Shown piece after piece: positions 58,069 to 64,000 of a DNA stretch of 64,000 nt. The number at the start of each line of letters is the position of its first letter. Position 1 is the stretch's first letter. A model generated the notes under the pieces. The model was not told where the DNA came from. It saw nothing but the letters and a program-made list of their open reading frames with translations, and did no database searches. The stretch is from Macrostomum lignano. Lineage: Eukaryota. The position numbers and the translations under genes were made by a program. The stretch lies in assembly GCA_002269645.1 (NCBI GenBank), contig NIVC01003153.1:52346-116345 (forward strand), in the 5' to 3' direction.

Positions 58069-58782
58069 ATGCCGCGTGCACAATGCCAAATCTGCAGAAA
58101 AAAGTTCAGTAATCAAGCCGAGCTGCATGCTCACTCGCATGGTGCTTGTTTTTCACCGCAACGATTACTGACCGGATCGCTGCAAAACCTGATCGAAAAC
58201 CCACCAGATGGGTGGTCCATCGCTTTGCGCGAGTCAGCTCATCGTGGTCGGGTAAATTTTGTCGAATTTACTCCCACTCTTGAACAACAAGGCAACAGCT
58301 CTGGCGAGTTACTTCCTGGCGAGTTGATTGCGTCTTTAAGAGAACCAATATTTAAAATATTGGAAAAAATTGGCTCACCCAGTTTATTAATAAGAGTCTG
58401 CTTTCACTTGAAAGTGACACTATTTCGACCGAAAACAGCAGCAGACGACAACGATGGCTCGAGCAGCGAAGAGATCATTTCGGTCTATTTTAATACCAAC
58501 ATTGCGACAATATCATTTGATGAGACGATTACAAACAGTGACATGCTGTTATCTCCCGAGGCCTACAATGACTGGTTCGCACGCGTTATTAATCAGTTGT
58601 TAATAAAAATTGACAATTTTCAATCTCGAGGTAGTAATTGGCAATATAGAGCAATCGAGCAGCTAGACTTGATGCTCTGCGTTTATCGCAAAAGCCATGC
58701 AAGCACACTGTCAACAAATACGTCCCACGGTGGTGTGGGGGCGGGCGGCGGCAGTGGTGGTGGTGGCGGCGGTGGTGGTGGT

Positions 58783-58814
<32 letters not shown>

Positions 58815-58950
58815 GCGCGGGGAGTCCGGTCCAGTCCGGTCCGGTCCAGTCCGGTCCGGTCTGGTTAAGCAGCAATCGTTTAAAGTTCCAGTCTCAATCG
58901 GTCGCAAAGCTGGAGCAGTACTGCTTCTAAAGCCGCACAGAGCAGTTTAA
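58069..58950 (+). CDS. C2H2 zinc finger + N-terminal region of Maverick protein-primed PolB (catalytic core absent)
   Basis: CQICRKKFSNQAELHAH; KIDNFQSRGSNWQYRAIEQLDLMLCVYR (cf. EFxERGSGWxLxxIxxLxxNINKY preceding pPolB); in-frame poly-Gly; stops ~490 bp before dUTPase. Confidence 0.65.
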
Positions 58951-59437
58951 AGCATCAAGACTATTTAAGAGTCTTACACAAGCGACAACTTGTGTTTTCG
59001 CGCATACAGTCCATTCGTTCTCGAAAACAGAAAGTTTTTTTTGATGCAACAAAGAAAACTTGCACTAAGCTTCTTCGATACGAAGCGATCCTGGACAAGT
59101 TCAATTAATTCGCTACCCTTTGGACACTGGCACTTGGCTAATTAATTAACAATATGCTCTGATCTCTTTTGTTGTACAAAGTAATAGCATGCTATAGAAG
59201 ACTGTAACCCATCATTAATTTTTTCATTGATCATTATTTACAATAAATAAATGATACCGGCATTCGTTTAAATTATAATTTTAGCACTTTTTTGTGTTTA
59301 ATTATTTGAAAAAGTATATTTTTTATAGTTAGATTCTCAAGACTAAGCTTGTGTTTGTAGTAGACGTAAATGTAGTGCTATCGTTCATGTTTCAAGAAAA
59401 AAAACTTTTTTTTAAACTTTCAGCTACAAGAATCGAC

Positions 59438-59920
59438 ATGAATCCCGAGCAGCAGCAGCAACAACAACTAACTGATCGTAAGCTTTTAGTTGAACGTCTA
59501 TACGATTCGGCAACGATTCCGACCCGAAAAACTGTCGGGTCGATCGGGTATGATCTTTGCGCTGGCGTCGATGGTACCATTCCGGCCTACGAGTCCCGGA
59601 GTGTGCGAACCGGACTCAAAATTCGCTTACCGCCTGGTACCTATGGCAGGATAGCGGGACGTTCCAGCATGGCTCTGCACAGCTTATTTGTTGGCGGTGG
59701 CGTAATCGACCCCGACTATACTGGTGAAATCTGTATAGTCTTGTTTAATTACAGTCCGGAAGACTTTGAGTACTATGCCGGGCTCAGTATTGCACAACTG
59801 GTTCTGGAGCAGGCCGTGCTTGCTTCAGTCTATGTGACTGAAGCAGACAATTCGATTCGGATGATTGAGCCGCCGACCAAGCGGCGCGGCTTTGGCGGCT
59901 TTGGCAGCACTGGCCAATAA
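59438..59920 (+). CDS. dut: Trimeric dUTPase
   Basis: All five motifs: GYDL, GRSS, GGVIDPDYTGEI, IAQLV, RGFGGFGSTG. Confidence 0.95.
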   Translation: MNPEQQQQQQLTDRKLLVERLYDSATIPTRKTVGSIGYDLCAGVDGTIPAYESRSVRTGLKIRLPPGTYGRIAGRSSMALHSLFVGGGVIDPDYTGEICIVLFNYSPEDFEYYAGLSIAQLVLEQAVLASVYVTEADNSIRMIEPPTKRRGFGGFGSTGQ

Positions 59921-60011
59921 GTATAATAATAATAATAAACTGATTTTTTTCTTTGGTGATTGGTGCACTATGCGAGAGCTTTGTAAATACTATAAGCAAT
60001 TTTAAAAATTT

Positions 60012-60455
60012 ATGCCTAAAATATATGTTGTAAAAATGTCTCCAGCGAAAGATCGAGGTTTTAAAAAGAAAAAGAAGAGCATTCGTAAAAAGAAGAAATC
60101 TATTAGAAAGATTAATAAAAAGCAACAAGGTTATGGTGTCGTAAATTGGTTAATTAATCATTTACCATTTGAAGCACATTTACCCGGCGGATATCAGTTT
60201 TGTGGTCCAGGTACGCAACTGCAAGCTAGGCTAGCAAAAGGACAACGAGGAATTAATCGGCTTGACAATTTGTGCATGCTTCACGACGTGGCCTATGATA
60301 AAAATTCTGACGTGCAAGAGAGGTTAAAAGCTGATAAGCTATTAGAATCTGGTGCACGAGAGATTGCCCACGATCCGTCTACTGGTTGGAAAGAAAAACT
60401 AGCTGCGAAGTTGGTTACCAAGGTTATGCAAGTTAAGCAACGCTTTGGTGCTTGA
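60012..60455 (+). CDS. Parvovirus VP1u-type phospholipase A2 protein (PLA2X) with basic N-terminus
   Basis: HLPGGYQFCGPGT..GINRLDNLCMLHDVAY..R..ADK. Confidence 0.88.
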   Translation: MPKIYVVKMSPAKDRGFKKKKKSIRKKKKSIRKINKKQQGYGVVNWLINHLPFEAHLPGGYQFCGPGTQLQARLAKGQRGINRLDNLCMLHDVAYDKNSDVQERLKADKLLESGAREIAHDPSTGWKEKLAAKLVTKVMQVKQRFGA

Positions 60456-60457
60456 AA

Positions 60458-61147
60458 ATGCAGCAGCCATACAATATGCAACTAGCTCACGATTCTACAT
60501 TTATTATTGCTGGACCTTCAAACTCGGGTAAAACTGAATGGACGTTGCGTTTGTTGACTGAACGAAAAGAATTATTTGATAAAAAACCGTGCCGTCTTGT
60601 TTGGTGCCATGGATCAAGTTTGAAACCAGACGATCAACAACGAATTAGAACATGCTGGCAAAAAAGCGGTCTTGACCCTATTGTTTTTGTACCCGAATTC
60701 ACACCACAGATGATTAATCGTTTTTTACCACACGATTTGGTTGTTGTTGACGACTTGCAAAGCGAGATTGCTAAGTTGCCAGAATTTACTAGTATGTTTA
60801 CAAAGCATGCGCATCATATCCCTTTGACTTGTCTGTACCTTTGTCAAGGTCTTTTTAACAAGTCTGATCCAGAAGCACGCATGCGAAGTTTATCAGCTAG
60901 TTATATTTGTCTAACTCGTAGTGTGCGCGATCGAACCACAGTTGAACATCTCGGTCGACAAATGTATCCGCGTAATAGTAGGTTTCTAGTGAATGTGTAT
61001 GAAGACGCAACAAATAACAAACCTTTTTCATATTTATTCATTGACCTGCGGCAAGTGACACCAGATTTTTTACGATTGAGAACAGGAATATTTTCTGGTG
61101 ATGAACAAGTTGTCTATACTCGTGAATGTGATGCAAAGTTTGTGTAA
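60458..61147 (+). CDS. FtsK/A32-like DNA packaging ATPase
   Basis: Walker A IIAGPSNSGKT, Walker B VVVDDL, FTKHAHH, KPFSYLFIDL..RLRTGIF. Confidence 0.92.
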   Translation: MQQPYNMQLAHDSTFIIAGPSNSGKTEWTLRLLTERKELFDKKPCRLVWCHGSSLKPDDQQRIRTCWQKSGLDPIVFVPEFTPQMINRFLPHDLVVVDDLQSEIAKLPEFTSMFTKHAHHIPLTCLYLCQGLFNKSDPEARMRSLSASYICLTRSVRDRTTVEHLGRQMYPRNSRFLVNVYEDATNNKPFSYLFIDLRQVTPDFLRLRTGIFSGDEQVVYTRECDAKFV

Positions 61148-61204
61148 TATTATTATAAGCAAATTATAAACTGTTGTCAATATTAGTTTGTGTTTTATTT
61201 CAAA

Positions 61205-62194
61205 ATGAGTTTTTACGTTTTTTTGCCGTCAAACGATATCAGTTACGAAACCAACTCGCCTAATGAATTTCGAGTGCGACTAACTGAACCAATAAATTTA
61301 TTGAACGGATTCTTCGAGGTTGCACTAGTTGAATTACTGTGCCATGGAGCAATTACGACGCCAAATGCTCATCGTGAGCGTCGATTTGAAGTTCCATATT
61401 TTGCGGACATTGACTCAATAATACGATTAAAGAAAAACTATTGGGGTCGTGTTTGGGCAGAGGCAGACTTGGATGCTTACGTTTCCTGGCAACCGTCTGG
61501 TACAGATGAAAAATTTGCCTGGCTTTTACGAAATTCAGGCGAAAAAACTATTGGATTAGAACTACCAGTTACATTTATGGACGCTTTCAAATTTGACTCT
61601 TGGAAGAAACTTTCTGGACTTGTCTCGGAAAAATTATCAAAACCTGCCGCTGGTAGTGTACAACCACCGGATGGTTCATACTTGGATTTGATAAAAAGTC
61701 TCGACAATACTCTAGCGCTAGTACCTGAGAACTATTATGTTTTTTATTGTGTTCTATCGCCTGGTGAAGCTATACGACTTGTTTCGCATGGAGACTATCT
61801 TCGAAAAACGGAAGGAGAAGTGTACATCAAAGTACACCAATATTGGTTGAGAAATCGTGTTTGGCGCATTAACAAAACCTACTTGGATGCTGTGCTACCT
61901 TCTCCGATGCCTAGTAAAACGGTTTACATGTACTGTTACACAGATATAATCGAGTATCAAGCAGTGGGAAGTACATCAGTACCGTTGCTTCGAGTTGTGG
62001 AACTCCAACAAAAGAAAAACGGAGAACTTATACGCGATAGCAGTGCATTGCAAACACCCTACTACTTGAAAACAAATCGACAACAAATTCACGAGATTTC
62101 GATTCGACTATCGGACCAGCGCGGAAAACCGTTTAATTTTGATCCGGGAGCACACGTTGTTGTCGTACTGCATTTTAAACATAGGTCGGACTAA
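61205..62194 (+). CDS. Minor capsid protein (penton, single jelly-roll)
   Basis: N-terminal FYVFLPSN..NSPNEFRVRL..FEVALVEL; C-terminal YCYTDIIEYQAVG..PLLRVV..EISIRLSDQRG..VVVLHFK. Confidence 0.85.
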   Translation: MSFYVFLPSNDISYETNSPNEFRVRLTEPINLLNGFFEVALVELLCHGAITTPNAHRERRFEVPYFADIDSIIRLKKNYWGRVWAEADLDAYVSWQPSGTDEKFAWLLRNSGEKTIGLELPVTFMDAFKFDSWKKLSGLVSEKLSKPAAGSVQPPDGSYLDLIKSLDNTLALVPENYYVFYCVLSPGEAIRLVSHGDYLRKTEGEVYIKVHQYWLRNRVWRINKTYLDAVLPSPMPSKTVYMYCYTDIIEYQAVGSTSVPLLRVVELQQKKNGELIRDSSALQTPYYLKTNRQQIHEISIRLSDQRGKPFNFDPGAHVVVVLHFKHRSD

Positions 62195-62250
62195 TTTATA
62201 AGCAAAGATTAATTGTGTAATAGAAAATTTTGTGAATTTGTTTTGTAAGA

Positions 62251-62655
62251 ATGAGCGAACTAACAGAAAAAGGAAAACAAAATGCTCGCTCATTGTGTCA
62301 GTGTGCTTTTTTACTACAAATTGTTTATCGGCTAAAGCATCCAAAGCAGAGAAAAAGTTTTTTACAAACACTTTCAGAGTCGGAGATACGATGTCTAGTA
62401 GACTTTCTGTTTAATATTATTAGTGGACGTATTAAAATTAGTAACTGTAACAAAAGACGACTTGAGAAGCATCGCAGATATATACGCCAGCTTTTGGAAC
62501 AGAAGACTCCAATTACTGCAAAAAGGAAAATACTTGTCCAACACGGAGGATTTTTACCTTTTTTGGCTCCAATTATTGCCGCTCTACCTGCTATAAGCAC
62601 TGCGCTTGGGATAACGTCTGGAGTAGTTGGTACCGCCGCGGAGCAGCGAATTTAA
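62251..62655 (+). CDS. Conserved Maverick/adintovirus small basic core-like protein with GGFL and C-terminal amphipathic helix
   Basis: EIRCLVDFLFNIISGRIKI..KRKILVQHGGFLPFLAPIIAAL. Confidence 0.75.
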   Translation: MSELTEKGKQNARSLCQCAFLLQIVYRLKHPKQRKSFLQTLSESEIRCLVDFLFNIISGRIKISNCNKRRLEKHRRYIRQLLEQKTPITAKRKILVQHGGFLPFLAPIIAALPAISTALGITSGVVGTAAEQRI

Positions 62656-62688
62656 TACGATCAATTCAACGAAAGTAGTAGGAATATA

Positions 62689-63378
62689 ATGCGAACTAAC
62701 GAGAGTAGTAGTTTTCAACGAATGTATCTAGTACCTGAATCTGTGTATCAATCTGCATGTCAAGGTGCAGAGCAAGGATCGTCACCAACTGCTGAGACAC
62801 CTCGAAAAACTGAAGTTTTAGACGCACCGCAAGATGCTCTGGCAAAAAATATGGTGGAAATGAGAGACCAAATGGATAACTTGGACAAGGAAATGGAAAA
62901 GGAGCCAAATTACACAGCTCAATTGAAACGAAGCAGATTGGAAGACAAACTTTTAAAATTGCGCAAAGTCTATCGCACTGGAGACGAGGACAATCTGTCA
63001 CTTGTTCGCAAAGGGACTACTGTAAGAAGTTCATATGCCAGCGAATCAAGGGAAATTCCTAAAGTTTTTTTACCACGTTTCGAAGCTCTCGCTCAAAACC
63101 TATTTTCGGACATGGACAAGAATGCAGAACCAATGCTGGCTAATTTGACTGATGCCGAGATACAAGATCTCATGGAATATGTTGTTCGAGACAGACCGCT
63201 TAAGCGACACGAGACTCAACCGCCTAGTGGACTAAAAACATTTTTAGACTTTCTTCGAAAACGTGGAATCGCAGCAAACCAAATCGGGCGTCATGTACGA
63301 AACGAGCTAATGTCTGCTCCAAAAACTGTTGCAAAGGAGGATCTTAGTCTGTTTGAAAATTATCAAACACTGAATTAA
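62689..63378 (+). CDS. Conserved Maverick uncharacterized protein upstream of integrase
   Basis: RMYLVPE N-terminus; DLMEYVVR..PSGLKTFLDFLRKRGIAANQIG C-terminus; position typical of Mavericks. Confidence 0.65.
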   Translation: MRTNESSSFQRMYLVPESVYQSACQGAEQGSSPTAETPRKTEVLDAPQDALAKNMVEMRDQMDNLDKEMEKEPNYTAQLKRSRLEDKLLKLRKVYRTGDEDNLSLVRKGTTVRSSYASESREIPKVFLPRFEALAQNLFSDMDKNAEPMLANLTDAEIQDLMEYVVRDRPLKRHETQPPSGLKTFLDFLRKRGIAANQIGRHVRNELMSAPKTVAKEDLSLFENYQTLN

Positions 63379-63490
63379 GTTGTTTTAAAATTACAGATTA
63401 CGTTTTAACAAAATTGATTCGAGCACTATAAGCTTTTTAAAAAGGTTAATTTTTTGTTTATGAAAAATATATAGTTTAATAAGACAAACC

Positions 63491-63679
63491 ATGTCATCTA
63501 TCTTCCAAAAACTTTTGATTCGTCTCTGTGAGTTTTTTTGCATAAAATCTGAATGTGTGCCGTTTCTGGGAAAGGAGCACAACGAGGATACTGACGGAGA
63601 TTCGATCGAGGCTTCGTTCTTTTGTTGCAACTGTCAAACGACTAGCATCAATCTAACTGATGATGAAGCGAGTGCGTAA
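63491..63679 (+). CDS. Small Cys-rich hypothetical protein
   Basis: 62-aa ORF filling the gap between the upstream gene and the integrase, overlapping the integrase start. Confidence 0.35.
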   Translation: MSSIFQKLLIRLCEFFCIKSECVPFLGKEHNEDTDGDSIEASFFCCNCQTTSINLTDDEASA

Positions 63680-64000
63680 GGAAATTGAAGAATTTTTGAC
63701 GGATGCTTTTTTTAACTTGAACAGGCCTACTTCATTTAGTGGTAACAAGACTATACTTGTTCGTGAAGTACGTAAAAAGTTTCCACAGATTACGAACAAA
63801 GTTGCAAAGCGCGAAGTTGATAATTGGGTGCGATCAAACAAATGAGCATCATTTATTTCGAAAAACACGACGAAACTTTCCAACTCCAAAAATTAGTGTC
63901 ACCAGTTGCAAAGTTTCAGTTTCAAATCGATTTGGCAGATTTACTCATACAAGACGGAAAATCGAGGTTATCGTTACATACTTGTTCTTATCGACTGTTT
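63660..64000 (+). pseudogene. Maverick retroviral-like (rve) integrase, 5' part with ~3 frameshifts (decay or assembly errors)
   Basis: Successive frames give PTSFSG..VDNWVRS / EHHLFRKTRRNFP / FQFQIDLADL / NRGYRYILVLIDCF. Confidence 0.85.

Larger units (their letters stand above)
52809..64000 (+). mobile_element. Maverick/Polinton (adintovirus-like) endogenous element, left part; continues beyond the window
   Basis: Co-linear PLA2, packaging ATPase, penton, GGFL protein, rve integrase, dUTPase and PolB N-terminal region, all on +. AT-rich, gene-dense. Putative terminus AGTAGT at 52809 followed by 3x23-bp repeats (52890-52957). The left boundary is less certain than the element call. Confidence 0.9.

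Overview
Eukaryotic (animal) genomic DNA. GC-rich exons, minisatellite-filled introns and scattered 1-nt indels suggest a long-read assembly of a flatworm such as Macrostomum; this host call is inference only. (1) 1-23410, minus strand: an 11-exon, 3'-incomplete UBR1/UBR2-type N-end-rule E3 ligase (UBR box, ClpS-like domain, RING-H2) with all splice phases consistent. Its 11.5-kb intron 6 holds a Ty3/Gypsy LTR retrotransposon (5661-16458). The gag zinc knuckle of that element is split by a full-length LOA/I-group non-LTR retrotransposon (6546-12379), whose 5' end folds into an HDV-like self-cleaving ribozyme. Most other introns carry their own minisatellite, and one carries a CORE-SINE. (2) 23.9-52.8 kb: AT-rich and satellite DNA, a DIRS/Ngaro RT fragment, an intronless NECAP gene, a two-exon secreted WSC+PAN/apple-like gene, and a three-exon class A GPCR with an unusual ~430-aa ectodomain. 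(3) ~52809-64000: the left part of a Maverick/Polinton (adintovirus-like) endogenous virus with dUTPase, parvovirus-type PLA2, packaging ATPase, penton/minor capsid, a GGFL core-like protein and an integrase. Its left-arm accessory block holds intron-containing genes, a putative ssDNA-binding protein, a polymerase N-terminus without the catalytic core, and a divergent TATA-binding-protein (TBP)-like gene that lacks its own N-terminal ATG. The TBP-like Maverick gene and the HDV-like ribozyme are the most notable signals.
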